A stretch of 64,000 nt of DNA from Candidatus Entotheonellaceae bacterium (GCA_965238075.1 OZ250173.1:3104001-3168000), one strand, 5' to 3'. Shown: positions 1 through 10,253, counted from the first letter of the stretch. Numbers and translations: made by a program. Notes: generated by a model from the sequence alone, not told the origin.

Positions 1-788
1 AGAGATGACAGGGACAATTTCAGTTCGACGGGTCGCTGGTCTCTGGTTACATGCAAAACGACTTCTTCACCCGCCGCCTTGTTCTGGCAGAGGCTTTGAA
101 AGTCCTGAACGGTGTTGATCTTCGTTCCATCCGCCTCCGTAATCACGTCTCCACGGCGCACGTCATGACCCTCGGCATGACGCTCCGGCTCAGCCGAGGC
201 CACCAAAACCCCGTCCGTCGTGGTCAGGTTGAAGATGCGGGCGAGTTGTGGGGTAAGGTCTTGAACAAAAATGCCGCACATCTTGGCGGAATGCTCCGGC
301 GTCTCCGGTCCGGCGAGGATGACGGTACGCGTGGCATCCAACACCTTGCGGGCGACGAATATTGGCGCATTTGTACGGATGGCGAGCGCGATGGCGTCGC
401 TGGGGCGAGCATCGATGGTTATTGTTTCGGAACCGCGTTGCAAGTCAATCTTGGCGAAATAGGTGTTGTTCCGAAGGTCATTGATGAAGATGCGTCGCAC
501 GCCAATTTTCAAATTGACTAGTATATTGTTGAGGAGTGCGTGGGTCAGCGGCCGGGGCGTGTCCACCCCCTCAAGCTCCAAGGCAATGGCACGCGCCTCG
601 GGCAGGCCGATCCAAATGGGAAATGCCTTGTGCCCCTGACTGTCCTCGAGGATGACGATAGGGGAATGCCTTTCGGGGTCCATGGTGACGCCTCTCACCT
701 TCATTTCGACTGCGTCGTCGGCGTGTCCGAGAATGCCAAAGCTGATCATCAATAGGCTTATCAAAAAAACGAGGCTACGTCGTTTCAT
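1..788 (-). CDS. Signal peptide + DUF151 (bifunctional nuclease family) + PDZ domain protein; 3' end runs off the window
   Basis: Manual translation from ATG 788 (RBS GGAGAAAACGTA): MKRRSLVFLISLLMISFGILGHA-DDAVEMKVRGVTMDP...FPIWIGLPEARAIALEL...PRPLTH...IDARPSDAIALA...GIFVQDLTPQLARIFNL...GVLVAS...GDVITEADG. Open for 262 codons to the window edge. Absent from the ORF track because there is no stop in the window. Confidence 0.85.
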   Translation of the reverse strand, partial: MKRRSLVFLISLLMISFGILGHADDAVEMKVRGVTMDPERHSPIVILEDSQGHKAFPIWIGLPEARAIALELEGVDTPRPLTHALLNNILVNLKIGVRRIFINDLRNNTYFAKIDLQRGSETITIDARPSDAIALAIRTNAPIFVARKVLDATRTVILAGPETPEHSAKMCGIFVQDLTPQLARIFNLTTTDGVLVASAEPERHAEGHDVRRGDVITEADGTKINTVQDFQSLCQNKAAGEEVVLHVTRDQRPVELKLSLSS

Positions 789-889
789 TACGTTTTCTCC
801 AGGAGAATTAAAGGCACAGTGCTAAGGTATCTTGACATGACAGGTGTACGACAATCCAAAAACTAAATTACCTCATTTTCTATGTTTGC

Positions 890-918
890 ATGCTAGCTTG
901 TCCCAAAGATCAAGTCAA
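890..918 (-). promoter_or_regulatory. Putative sigma70 promoter for the DUF151-PDZ gene
   Basis: TTGACT-17 nt-TAGCAT on the minus strand in the AT-rich divergent intergenic region. Confidence 0.45.
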
Positions 919-977
919 AGAAAGAGAAGGTGGGGTGGTTGGAAATATGTTATGTTCAAGTAGTGTGATAGTGGTTA

Positions 978-3872
978 TTGATTCCTAGGGTGAGGAGCAT
1001 CAAGTATATGCTTGTTATGACTAGGCGCATGAGTCAGTTGATGGGTTTTCTCATTCTGGTAAGCATGATCTTTGTTCTTCTGAGCGTCGGTTCTTATTCG
1101 CTGGACGATCCGGCCTGGAATCACTACACGAGCCGAGAGGTGATTGACGTCGATAATCTTGGCGGGCGAGTTGGTGCTTTTCTTGCCGATTGGGGATTGC
1201 AGTTGTTCGGGAGCACGGTGTTTGTCTTCATTGCCTGCACGGCATTGGGGGCGATCTGCCTGATGCGTGCCCGCCTAAGACCTATCGTAGGAGCGGCATG
1301 GCGTGGCCTTCTGCTGATTGTGGCTCTCAGCACGCTGGCGCATTTGTATTGGATTGACGACCCATTTTTCAAAGCCGGATTGTTGGCGGGCGGGGCAAGT
1401 GGTCAATGGCTGGCCGAATTTCTAATCCCCTATCTCGAGTTGCCGGGCACTTATGCCGTGGCAGGATTGTCTGTGCTGTGCGTTCTATTGAGTTGCGCGC
1501 GGCTGTCTTTGCTCAAGGGAGTCAAGCATGTGATTGCCCCTGTCAGATTGACGAAAAAGCATCGTGAGTCTGACGATTCGGTCCTGTTCGATGAGGATTC
1601 GGTCCTGAGAGCCTACCCTTCTGCCTTCCAAGACGACGATGACCGAGGTGTATCTACTGATGAAACGAATTCTGAAGAAAGTAACCGGATGACAGGGCCT
1701 CGCGTCAGACGGCTTGCGACAGAGACCAGCGTCGCTGACCCGAATTTGGAGCAGGCGACTCCTGCGGAAAGCCGCCCATCAAAAATTCCCAATCCACCAT
1801 CGTTCCTTGCGCAGCGTGCGAGGAAGTCTCAGCAGTCCCACCAAGTGCCCACACGCGAAACGATTTCTGAAAAAAGTGACCCGGAGGAAACGCCCCGCGT
1901 CGAGCCGTCCGCGTCCAAAAACAGCACTGCTGAACTGGGCAAGAAACCGGCGGCTTCTTCCGAACACCGTCCATCGAAAATCCCCATATTGCCGTCGTTC
2001 CGTGCAAAGTACGTAATGGAACTTGAGCGGAGCATCCAAAAGCCCGCACGCCAAGAGGTCCCTGAAAAAAACGATGAGGTGGAAGTGCCTCTAGTCGAAC
2101 CGCATGTGACTGAAGATAACGTTGTTGGTCCGAGCACGGACAAGTTGGCCCCTTCGGAAGCCCGTGCATCGCAAGCCGCCAAACGGCCGTCGTTTCGTGC
2201 CAAGCGAGCGACGGAACCTCCGCGGATCGTCGAGGCCCTTCCGCGCGAAACGATTCCCGAAGACATCGACCGGGAGGAAGTGAGTCCTGCCGAACGGCCT
2301 GTGCCCGAAGGCAGCGTTGCTGAGCCGATTGAGGAGCAAGCGGCTTCTTCAGAAGCTCCCGCGCCGCAGGTCCCCATATTACAACCGCTTCCTGTCAAGC
2401 ACGTGACGCCGTCTCAGCAGCCCCAACTGCCCTCACTGGATTTGCTAGAAACCCCTTTAAATACCGAGGAGGGTCAAAGCGAAGAGGAACTCATGCAGCA
2501 GGCGCGCTTCCTCGAACAAAAGCTGCGGGAATTTGGCATTGAGGGGGAAGTCGTCCAGGTTTCACCGGGCCCGGTGATTACGATGTACGAGTTTGCTCCC
2601 GCTGCCGGCGTCAAGGTCAATAAAATTACCAATTTACAGGACGATTTGGCTCTCGTGATGCGGGCTCTCAGTGTGCGGATCGTGGCACCGGTTCCCGGCA
2701 AAGCTGTGGTGGGCATCGAGGTTCCCAATGTACGGCGGGAAACGATAGCGTTGCGGAGTCTGGTGGATACCGAGGAGTTTCAAGGCTCATCGTCAAAGCT
2801 GAACATTGTTTTGGGCAAAGACATCCTGGGTCAGCCGGTCATCACAGACCTTGCGCTTATTCCCCACCTACTGGTCGCAGGGGCCACCGGTTCCGGCAAG
2901 AGTGTCGGACTCAACAGCGTGATTTGCAGTCTGCTGTTTCGGGTGACGCCGGCCGAGGTCAAACTGATCATGATTGATCCCAAAATGTTGGAATTTTCGA
3001 TCTACGACGGCATTCCGCATCTGCTCGTACCGGTTGTCACCGATTCCAAGAAGGCCGCCGTGGCGCTACGGCGTGTGGTCGCGGAAATGGAAAGACGCTA
3101 CCAGCTTCTGGCCGCCAAAGGCGTCCGCAGTATGGCGCAATATAATCAGAGAATCAGGGATGAAAAGGCCCGTATCGAAAGCAATGGGGCGGACGCCGAG
3201 AACCAAGCGCCACCGGCCGAGCCGTTGCCCTATCTTGTTGTAGTGGTTGACGAGCTCTCCGACCTGATGATGGTTTCGTCACGTGAGGTTGAGGACTCGC
3301 TGATGCGCATCGCCCAGATGGCACGGGCTGCGGGTATTCACCTCATTGTTGCCACGCAGCGCCCATCGGTCGACGTGCTGACGGGCGTCATCAAAGCCAA
3401 TTTTCCCGCCCGCCTGTCGTTCCAGGTCACGTCCAAAATCGACTCTCGTACGATCCTTGACGCCAATGGCGCGGAAACGCTTTTGGGGCGGGGCGATATG
3501 CTCTTCCTCGCGCCGGGGACGTCCAAGCCGCAGCGCGTACACGGCGCGTACGTGTCGGAGGAGGAGATCACGCGCTTGGTGGAGGCGTGGAAGGCGATTG
3601 AACAGCCGAACTACAACGATAGCTTTCTGGAGCCCATCAACGAGCCGACGGATGACGAGGACAGCGAATACGACGAAAAATACGACGAGGCCATTGCGCT
3701 TGTGGCGCGTACCGGACAGGCGTCCATTTCCATGCTGCAGCGGCGCTTGCGGGTTGGTTACAACCGTGCGGCGCGCATGATCGAGGTGATGGAGAAAGAA
3801 GGGGTCGTGGGTCCGGCGGATGGCGTAAAGCCGCGGGAAGTGTTGGTGCGGGATACGTATGATGAGGTGTGA
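978..3872 (+). CDS. ftsK: DNA translocase FtsK (true start may be a downstream ATG)
   Basis: N-terminal membrane domain, long P/E/S-rich linker, HLLVAGATGSGKS Walker A, VVVVDE Walker B, ATQRPSVDV, C-terminal gamma domain SISMLQRRLRVGYNRAAR. Confidence 0.97.
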   Translation: MIPRVRSIKYMLVMTRRMSQLMGFLILVSMIFVLLSVGSYSLDDPAWNHYTSREVIDVDNLGGRVGAFLADWGLQLFGSTVFVFIACTALGAICLMRARLRPIVGAAWRGLLLIVALSTLAHLYWIDDPFFKAGLLAGGASGQWLAEFLIPYLELPGTYAVAGLSVLCVLLSCARLSLLKGVKHVIAPVRLTKKHRESDDSVLFDEDSVLRAYPSAFQDDDDRGVSTDETNSEESNRMTGPRVRRLATETSVADPNLEQATPAESRPSKIPNPPSFLAQRARKSQQSHQVPTRETISEKSDPEETPRVEPSASKNSTAELGKKPAASSEHRPSKIPILPSFRAKYVMELERSIQKPARQEVPEKNDEVEVPLVEPHVTEDNVVGPSTDKLAPSEARASQAAKRPSFRAKRATEPPRIVEALPRETIPEDIDREEVSPAERPVPEGSVAEPIEEQAASSEAPAPQVPILQPLPVKHVTPSQQPQLPSLDLLETPLNTEEGQSEEELMQQARFLEQKLREFGIEGEVVQVSPGPVITMYEFAPAAGVKVNKITNLQDDLALVMRALSVRIVAPVPGKAVVGIEVPNVRRETIALRSLVDTEEFQGSSSKLNIVLGKDILGQPVITDLALIPHLLVAGATGSGKSVGLNSVICSLLFRVTPAEVKLIMIDPKMLEFSIYDGIPHLLVPVVTDSKKAAVALRRVVAEMERRYQLLAAKGVRSMAQYNQRIRDEKARIESNGADAENQAPPAEPLPYLVVVVDELSDLMMVSSREVEDSLMRIAQMARAAGIHLIVATQRPSVDVLTGVIKANFPARLSFQVTSKIDSRTILDANGAETLLGRGDMLFLAPGTSKPQRVHGAYVSEEEITRLVEAWKAIEQPNYNDSFLEPINEPTDDEDSEYDEKYDEAIALVARTGQASISMLQRRLRVGYNRAARMIEVMEKEGVVGPADGVKPREVLVRDTYDEV
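1767..2393 (+). repeat. Degenerate 195-nt (65-aa) tandem repeat, 3 full units plus a partial unit, in the FtsK linker
   Basis: Units start at 1767, 1962, 2157 and 2352, exactly 195 nt apart: ESRPSKIPNPPSFLAQ / EHRPSKIPILPSFRAK / EARASQAAKRPSFRAK / EAPAPQVPIL; unit ends PAASS / KLAPS / QAASS. Confidence 0.85.
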
Positions 3873-3896
3873 GCGCAAGGCATCGGAGAATGTCGG

Positions 3897-4118
3897 GTGA
3901 TCACGAAGCGAGGCGGCAAATGGCGCGCCTTATGGATTTGTGGTGCCGTGTGGTTCAGCCTGCTTGTACTCGCAATGACCACCGGCTGTGGGCGCAAGAA
4001 GCCCCCGATGCCGCTTAAACAGGACACTGCCCAACTGGTTGTTAGCGCTGGAAAGCATGAGGGAATGGTCGGCGGGCGAAGGGTGTCAACGGGAACGCAT
4101 AGGAGGATGAATCGTTGA
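3897..4118 (+). CDS. Small lipoprotein, LptM/YifL (LPAM_2)-like
   Basis: Hydrophobic signal and lipobox followed by GCGRKKPPMP, similar to the GCG(Q/K)KGPL motif; overlaps the dapB start by 4 nt. Confidence 0.55.
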   Translation: MITKRGGKWRALWICGAVWFSLLVLAMTTGCGRKKPPMPLKQDTAQLVVSAGKHEGMVGGRRVSTGTHRRMNR

Positions 4119-4918
4119 TACGGGTCGTTGTCACAGGAGCAGCCGGAAGGATGGGGCAGCGGGTGATCGCCATGACGCAAGCTGACGCGCAGTTCACCCT
4201 CGCTGGCGCTGTGACACGCCCGCAGCATCCGGCCGTGGGCCGTGATGTCGGGGAAGTTGTAGGGGGCGGTGCTGTCGGTGTACAGGTCACCGACGATGCC
4301 GTGCCGGCATTGGTTCAGGCGGACGTGGTAATTGACTTTTCGGTGCCGGAAGCCGGGGTGGCCTATCTGAAAATGGCGAGTGACCTTGGTAAGGCCATGG
4401 TCATTGGTACGACAGGTTTTACGGCTGTTCAACACGACGAAATTCAACAACTGAGCCGAAGGGTGCCCTGTTTCCTGGCGCCCAACATGAGCGTTGGTGT
4501 GCACGTAATGTATCAGGCTCTACGACAACTGGTGACTCTGTTGGGGCCTGACTACGACATCGAGATTCTCGAAGCCCACCATCGAACGAAAGTTGACGCG
4601 CCTAGCGGCACGGCGCTTCGGATGGCGTCCATCGTCGCCGAGGCGCTTGGTACAAACTTGGACGATGTGGCGGTGTATGGACGGCAGGGCAGGGTGGGGC
4701 AGCGACCTGATTTAGCGATTGGCATTCAGGCCGTGCGGGCCGGTGACATTGTTGGCGAACACACCGTGCTGTTCGGCGGCATCGGCGAGCGAATTGAGCT
4801 GATACACCGTTCTCAGAGTCGGGATACGTTTGCCCGTGGCGCGGTGCGGGCTGCGGGATGGATTGTCCGGCAGAGCCCCGGCCTTTATGGCATGGATGAT
4901 CTCCTGCGTCCCTCCTGA
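4115..4918 (+). CDS. dapB: 4-hydroxy-tetrahydrodipicolinate reductase
   Basis: GAAGRMG, IDFS, IGTTG, APNMSVG and EAHHRTKVDAPSGTA motifs. Confidence 0.97.
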   Translation: MIRVVVTGAAGRMGQRVIAMTQADAQFTLAGAVTRPQHPAVGRDVGEVVGGGAVGVQVTDDAVPALVQADVVIDFSVPEAGVAYLKMASDLGKAMVIGTTGFTAVQHDEIQQLSRRVPCFLAPNMSVGVHVMYQALRQLVTLLGPDYDIEILEAHHRTKVDAPSGTALRMASIVAEALGTNLDDVAVYGRQGRVGQRPDLAIGIQAVRAGDIVGEHTVLFGGIGERIELIHRSQSRDTFARGAVRAAGWIVRQSPGLYGMDDLLRPS

Positions 4919-5363
4919 CATGCTTCTTTGAAAGCGGTTGATTCCAAGTCGCGCATAAATGCTCCGCTATTCATTGCATCAAGCAGCATGCGTGCGACGG
5001 CGCCCATTACCTGACCTTGAAGGTGTTGCCGAACCAGTTGGAGGACGATGGCTTCACGGTTTATAACGAGTCGGCGGTCGGCGGACTAGGGAGATTGTTA
5101 CCGAGGCCTTGCGGTGTACGTTTCAGGAGGAGCGCCAACGTATCGGCGTTCACCTTGATGGTATTGCACGCAGACGATTCACGTCTTGTGCGATGCCATT
5201 GTATGTCATGGCATGGGTGGTGTTGACCGAAGCAGATGAGGAGGCCTGCGAGCGGGGTCGATTCTGTTTCAGCATTGCCGAATGCATCGGGGGGGAGGAG
5301 CGCAAGGCGCAGACTCGGCAACGTTGTTGTATGTGATCACTCGTTAAGGAAGGGACGAATTTA

Positions 5364-6002
5364 GTGGACTATACGGGACAGGAAATGGAAACGTCCAGCA
5401 TCAAGAAAATCTACGCGTCCTATTCGCGAATATACGACTTCATCTTCAAGCGTTGGTTTTACCCACGCCAACAGCACGTCATCCGGTCGTTATCTCTGCA
5501 GGAAGGGCAGCGCGTGCTGGACCTGGGTGTTGGCACCGGCCTGTCGCTGCCTCTGTATCCTCGGCATGTGCAGGTCACCGGGGTCGACCTCTCCAACAGT
5601 ATGTTGCGAGAAGCTCAGAAGAAGATACGGCAGGAGGGCTTGGATCATGTCACGCTGCTGGAGATGGATGCCGGACAACTGGCGTTTGCGGATGACGTCT
5701 TTGACGTCGTCATCGCTGCTTTTGTGATTAGCGTGGTTCCCGATCCGATTCAGGTCATTGCGGAAATCAAACGGGTGAGCAAGCCTGACGGGAAGATTGT
5801 GATCATCAACCATTTCCAAAGTCAGAATAAACTTATTGCGCAGGTCGAAAAATGGCTGTCCCCATTGTGCAAAAAAATCGGTTGGCGTTCCGACCTGGCT
5901 TTGGAGTATCTGGTGCACTATGCGGGGTTGAGCGTCCAACAAATGTATTCGCTGAACAAGATCGATCTGTGGAAAGTGGTGTACGTGAGTAACAACAAGT
6001 AA
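5364..6002 (+). CDS. Class I SAM methyltransferase, phosphatidylethanolamine N-methyltransferase (Rhodobacter PmtA-type)-like
   Basis: VLDLGVGTGLSLPLY, GVDLS..ML, ISVVPDP, RVSKPDGKIVIINHF, IGWRSD. Confidence 0.7.
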   Translation: MDYTGQEMETSSIKKIYASYSRIYDFIFKRWFYPRQQHVIRSLSLQEGQRVLDLGVGTGLSLPLYPRHVQVTGVDLSNSMLREAQKKIRQEGLDHVTLLEMDAGQLAFADDVFDVVIAAFVISVVPDPIQVIAEIKRVSKPDGKIVIINHFQSQNKLIAQVEKWLSPLCKKIGWRSDLALEYLVHYAGLSVQQMYSLNKIDLWKVVYVSNNK

Positions 6003-6018
6003 GAAGCGGGATCAAGCC

Positions 6019-8664
6019 TCAACTGCCGCAACACCTTTTGTACTTCTTTCCACTGCCGCACGGACAGGCGGAATTCCGTCCCACCTTTTCGCCTTGGCGC
6101 CGTACGGTTTTTGCTACGGCGGTTTCGCCACCGTCGCCCAGTGCGCCGCGATGTTCGACGTTTCGCGGGGAATGGGGCCGCTGGTGAGCGACCGGCACGC
6201 TCTCAGCGCTCGCCAATTCAACCTTGAATAGATATTCAACCACATCATTCTTGATGCGGTCCGTCATGTCGACAAACATTTCAAATGCTTCACGCTTGTA
6301 CTCATTCAAAGGATTTTTCTGCGCGTAACCTCGCAAGCCAATGCCTTCCTTCAAGTGGTCCATGGCCAGCAAATGGTCTTTCCAATGCTTGTCGATGACC
6401 TGCAGGACGATGAAGCGCTCCAGAGCTCTAAACGGCTCCGTGCTCGCTTCCGTTAGTTTGGCCTCGTAACTGGCGTCCAGATGTTCGCGAAGGTGTTCGA
6501 GAAGCTCTAAACGCCCGAAGTCTGCGAGGCTCGCCGGCGTCAAAGGCATTTGCACCCCATAGCGCTGGCGTACAGCATCCACAAGACCTGGGATATCCCA
6601 ATCATCGGCATAAGCTTCAGGGTCGATATGGATGTCGAAAATGTCCTGCAGCACCTCGCCGGACATCTCAACGACCAGGGCGTGGATGTCGTCCGTTTCC
6701 AGCACTTCGCGGCGCTGGTTGTAGATGACCTCACGTTGTTTGGTCATCACGTCATCGTATTCCAGAAGATGCTTGCGGATGTCGAAATTGTGGGCTTCGA
6801 CCTTGCGCTGGGCGTTTTCAATGGCTCGGGTGATCATGCGGTGTTCAATGGGTTCGCCTGCCTCCATACCCAACTTCGCCATTACGCCAGATATGCGTTC
6901 CGAACCGAAAATCCGGAGCAGATCATCCTCCAACGACAGGTAAAAGCGAGAAGATCCCGGGTCGCCCTGACGCCCCGAACGCCCGCGAAGCTGGTTGTCA
7001 ATACGGCGGGCCTCATGGCGTTCGGTGCCCAGAATGTGGAGCCCCCCACAGGCAACCACTTCCTTATGCTCCGTGGCGCACTGCGAACGCATTTTGGCGA
7101 GCTGTGCCGGGTACTCCGGATCGTTGATCTCGAGCTTGCAGGCTTGGCGCGCCAGAAATTCGGGGTTGCCGCCCAATAAAATGTCGGTACCGCGCCCGGC
7201 CATATTGGTAGAAATGGTCACGGCGCTCTTACGCCCAGCCTGAGCCACGATCTCCGCCTCTCGCTCATGGTTCTTGGCGTTGAGAACATTGTGCGAAATG
7301 CCGCGACGTTTGAGGTGGGTGCTCAACGCTTCCGACTTTTCGATGGAAATGGTTCCCACCAGGACAGGTTGTCCCTTGTCGTGGAGCGCTTGGATTTCTT
7401 CGCTGACAGCCTGAAGTTTCTCCGCCTCGGTGCGGTAGATGACATCCGGATACTCAAGCCGAAGCAGTTCGCGATTCGTCGGTATGACGGCGACGTCCAG
7501 TTTGTAGATCGTGTGAAACTCGACGGCTTCGGTATCAGCCGTCCCCGTCATGCCGGCCAATTTGTTGTACATACGGAAATAGTTCTGGAAGGTAATCGAG
7601 GCGAGGGTCTGGTTTTCATTAGCGACTTTTTGACGTTCCTTGGCTTCCAAGGCTTGGTGCAGCCCGTCGCTGTAGCGCCGCCCGGGCATGAGCCGTCCGG
7701 TAAACTCGTCAACGATAATGACCTCGCCATCCTTGACGACGTAATCGACGTCGTGCTTGAACAGGACGTGTGCTTTGAGGGCTTGGTTCACATGGTGCAG
7801 GGCTTCGATATTGCCGGGGTCGTAGAGATTGTCGACGCCTAGGAGTTGTTCCGCGGTTGCCACGCCTTCCTCGGTCAGAGCCACTGAGCGCGTCTTTTCG
7901 TCGAGCGTGTAATGGGGATCTTGCTTCAAACGAGGGATAATGCGGTTGATGCGATAGTATTTGTCGGTGGATTCCTCGGTAGGGCCGGAAATAATCAGCG
8001 GGGTGCGGGCCTCGTCAATAAGAATGCTGTCCACTTCATCAACGATGGCGTAGTGCAACGATCTCTGGACAAATTCGCTCTGGCTGAACTTCATGTTGTC
8101 ACGCAGATAATCGAAGCCAAACTCATTGTTGGTGCCGTAGGCGACATCCGCTCGGTAAGCGTTGTGCCGCGCCTTGTCGTCCATGTCATGTTGAATGATG
8201 CCGACGGAGAGCCCAAGGGCTTGGTACAGTGGCCCCATCCATTCGGCGTCTCGCCGCGCGAGGTAATCATTGACCGTCACGACATGCACACCTTGACCAA
8301 CGAGGCTGTTCAGGTACACCGGCAGCGTTGCGACCAGGGTTTTGCCTTCCCCCGTTTTCATCTCCGCGATGCTGCCTTCGTGCAGCATCATGCCCCCGAG
8401 GAGTTGCACGTCGAAATGACGCATGTTGAGCAGACGTTTGGAGACTTCCCGCACGACGGCAAAGGCTCCGGGGAGCAAGCTGTCGAGGGGGGCTCCATTG
8501 GCCAGCTGCTCCCGGAAGGTATTGGTCCGTCCACGCAGGTCGTCGAGTGTCAAGTTGGAGAGAGATGACTCGTGTTGGTTGATTTGCTCTACTCTGGGCT
8601 GCAGCCGTTTCAGTTCCCGCTCGTTTTTGCTGCCAAATACTTTGTGTAATACCGTCTCTAACAT
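6019..8664 (-). CDS. secA: Preprotein translocase ATPase SecA
   Basis: [37 protein letters not shown]-terminal SEC-C motif [13 protein letters not shown]. Confidence 0.99.
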   Translation of the reverse strand: MLETVLHKVFGSKNERELKRLQPRVEQINQHESSLSNLTLDDLRGRTNTFREQLANGAPLDSLLPGAFAVVREVSKRLLNMRHFDVQLLGGMMLHEGSIAEMKTGEGKTLVATLPVYLNSLVGQGVHVVTVNDYLARRDAEWMGPLYQALGLSVGIIQHDMDDKARHNAYRADVAYGTNNEFGFDYLRDNMKFSQSEFVQRSLHYAIVDEVDSILIDEARTPLIISGPTEESTDKYYRINRIIPRLKQDPHYTLDEKTRSVALTEEGVATAEQLLGVDNLYDPGNIEALHHVNQALKAHVLFKHDVDYVVKDGEVIIVDEFTGRLMPGRRYSDGLHQALEAKERQKVANENQTLASITFQNYFRMYNKLAGMTGTADTEAVEFHTIYKLDVAVIPTNRELLRLEYPDVIYRTEAEKLQAVSEEIQALHDKGQPVLVGTISIEKSEALSTHLKRRGISHNVLNAKNHEREAEIVAQAGRKSAVTISTNMAGRGTDILLGGNPEFLARQACKLEINDPEYPAQLAKMRSQCATEHKEVVACGGLHILGTERHEARRIDNQLRGRSGRQGDPGSSRFYLSLEDDLLRIFGSERISGVMAKLGMEAGEPIEHRMITRAIENAQRKVEAHNFDIRKHLLEYDDVMTKQREVIYNQRREVLETDDIHALVVEMSGEVLQDIFDIHIDPEAYADDWDIPGLVDAVRQRYGVQMPLTPASLADFGRLELLEHLREHLDASYEAKLTEASTEPFRALERFIVLQVIDKHWKDHLLAMDHLKEGIGLRGYAQKNPLNEYKREAFEMFVDMTDRIKNDVVEYLFKVELASAESVPVAHQRPHSPRNVEHRGALGDGGETAVAKTVRRQGEKVGRNSACPCGSGKKYKRCCGS

Positions 8665-9014
8665 GGTCGCATCCTATTGCCAGAGTGGATTTCATTTGAC
8701 GTATGACGAGTATAGCAGATACACCGATTACGCCGGTATCACGACAAGTTATGATTGGGCGAGGGAAATCTTGGTGACCAGCGATTTACGTGGCCGAAAA
8801 TTGGCACACGCGGTCATGCTGGTCAGCGCGGTGCGTGTAAGTCGTTTTCCGTGCTGATGGAGGAAGCGCCGCCCGAAGTGGGCGTGCGCCCAGCGACTTT
8901 GATGAATGCTATGGACTCACGGGACATGGGACTGCACGCCCTGGCCGCCCAACGGCACATTTTGAGTTTGGCACAACAAGCCATCAGTTTTCCTCTGTCC
9001 TATTGAAGCCTTGC

Positions 9015-9043
9015 TTGACAAAGGCACAGGGCCTCAGTATATT
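9015..9043 (+). promoter_or_regulatory. Sigma70 promoter upstream of the DUF151 gene
   Basis: TTGACA-17 nt-TATATT. Confidence 0.65.
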
Positions 9044-9131
9044 AACCAAAATCTCGGCAAGTGAAGCGTTTATAGAGGGTTAGAGGCTAGCGAAAGCGGT
9101 GGAGCGGTGCTTTCGCGTAAGGAGAAAACGC

Positions 9132-9614
9132 ATGCTTGAGATGAAAGTGCGTGGACTTACACTAGACCCGCTATCGAACATGGCGTTGGTTATCCTTCGC
9201 GACCTTGAAGATACTAAAGCATTACCTATTTGGGTTGGTATCCCCGAAGCTAACGCAATTGCCCTGGAGCTTGAACAGGTTCCGACTCCCCGCCCCATGA
9301 CCCATGATCTAATAAAGAATATCCTTGAAGGTATCCATGCTTCTGTCATACGGATTGTTGTTAATGACCTGCGAGACAGTACATTTTATGCAACGATCTT
9401 TCTATCGTTGCAAGAACAGGAAGTCTGCATTGACGCCAGGCCGAGTGATGCAATAGCAATTGCGCTTCGCGCGAAAGCCCCAATTTATGTTGCTTTGGAC
9501 GTTATAGAACGTGTTGGAAGCATTGATGTAAGCACACAAAATATTGCCGAAGATACTGAAGGCTTGAAAGAATGGCTCGACAACATTAAACCTGAAGACT
9601 TCGGCAAGTTGTAG
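9132..9614 (+). CDS. DUF151 / bifunctional nuclease family protein (cytoplasmic, stand-alone)
   Basis: LPIWVGIPEANAIALEL, PRPMTHDL, IDARPSDAIAIALR; ATG 9132 follows RBS AAGGAG. Confidence 0.92.
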   Translation: MLEMKVRGLTLDPLSNMALVILRDLEDTKALPIWVGIPEANAIALELEQVPTPRPMTHDLIKNILEGIHASVIRIVVNDLRDSTFYATIFLSLQEQEVCIDARPSDAIAIALRAKAPIYVALDVIERVGSIDVSTQNIAEDTEGLKEWLDNIKPEDFGKL

Positions 9615-9737
9615 TTCTTCCATAGCGGTCCTTTGTTTCAGCAATGCAATCCTCACGAATCGAGAGAGATGTATCTGTAACGTATAGTCTTGTCAGAAAT
9701 TTGTTCGCAATAATATGCAGTAAGGAGAGCAAAGTTC

Positions 9738-10253
9738 ATGGCCAGAGCGGCGGAGGCCTTATCAGCGGAGGAGCGGGGAACTAGGCGGCGTCTACTGAGT
9801 TTCTTGGGCTGGGGGAGCTTCGCTTCATTTTGTGGCGGTGTCACGGTCGGGTCGTTACGGTTTTTCTTCCCGAGGATTCTCTACGAACCTCCACAACAAT
9901 TTATAGCAGGCAAGCCGGAGGATTATCAGATCGGTGAAGTCAGCACCCGAATGAAAAAAGAACAGCGTGTCTGGATGATTCGTGATCAAAAGGGAATCTA
10001 TGCCCTTATATCCATCTGTACTCATCTTGGCTGTACGCCGATCTGGCACTCGACGGAGAATCGTATCAAATGCCCGTGCCACGGAAGCAATTTCCTGGTA
10101 GACGGGCAGAATGTTGCCGGTCCCGCGCCAAGCCCGCTTTTTCGGGCTGCCATTTCTCTGGACTTGGCTGGGAATATCATGGTGGACAAGAGCCAGCAGG
10201 AAAACCAGCCTGGAAAGCGTGATGAGCCACCTTTTATCCTTCCTTTGTCGTAG
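9738..10253 (+). CDS. Rieske [2Fe-2S] subunit of a Rieske/cytochrome b complex
   Basis: Tat-like TRRRLL plus a TM anchor; CTHLGC and CPCHGS boxes; GPAPSPL. Confidence 0.95.
   Translation: MARAAEALSAEERGTRRRLLSFLGWGSFASFCGGVTVGSLRFFFPRILYEPPQQFIAGKPEDYQIGEVSTRMKKEQRVWMIRDQKGIYALISICTHLGCTPIWHSTENRIKCPCHGSNFLVDGQNVAGPAPSPLFRAAISLDLAGNIMVDKSQQENQPGKRDEPPFILPLS

Noticed and set aside
51-755. Plus-strand ORFs 51..521 and 540..755
   Set aside because: Antisense shadows of the minus-strand DUF151-PDZ gene; no recognisable motifs
4919-5363. Short ORFs (5017..5226, 5061..5321, 5109..5336) and a possible 13-aa peptide after a GGAGG at about 5041
   Set aside because: No family motifs, mutually overlapping, and no RNA structure I could assign
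8665-9010. TGGCAC words upstream of secA/DUF151 as sigma54 promoters; ORF 8755..9006
   Set aside because: GG-N10-GC spacing is not met; the ORF has no supporting features
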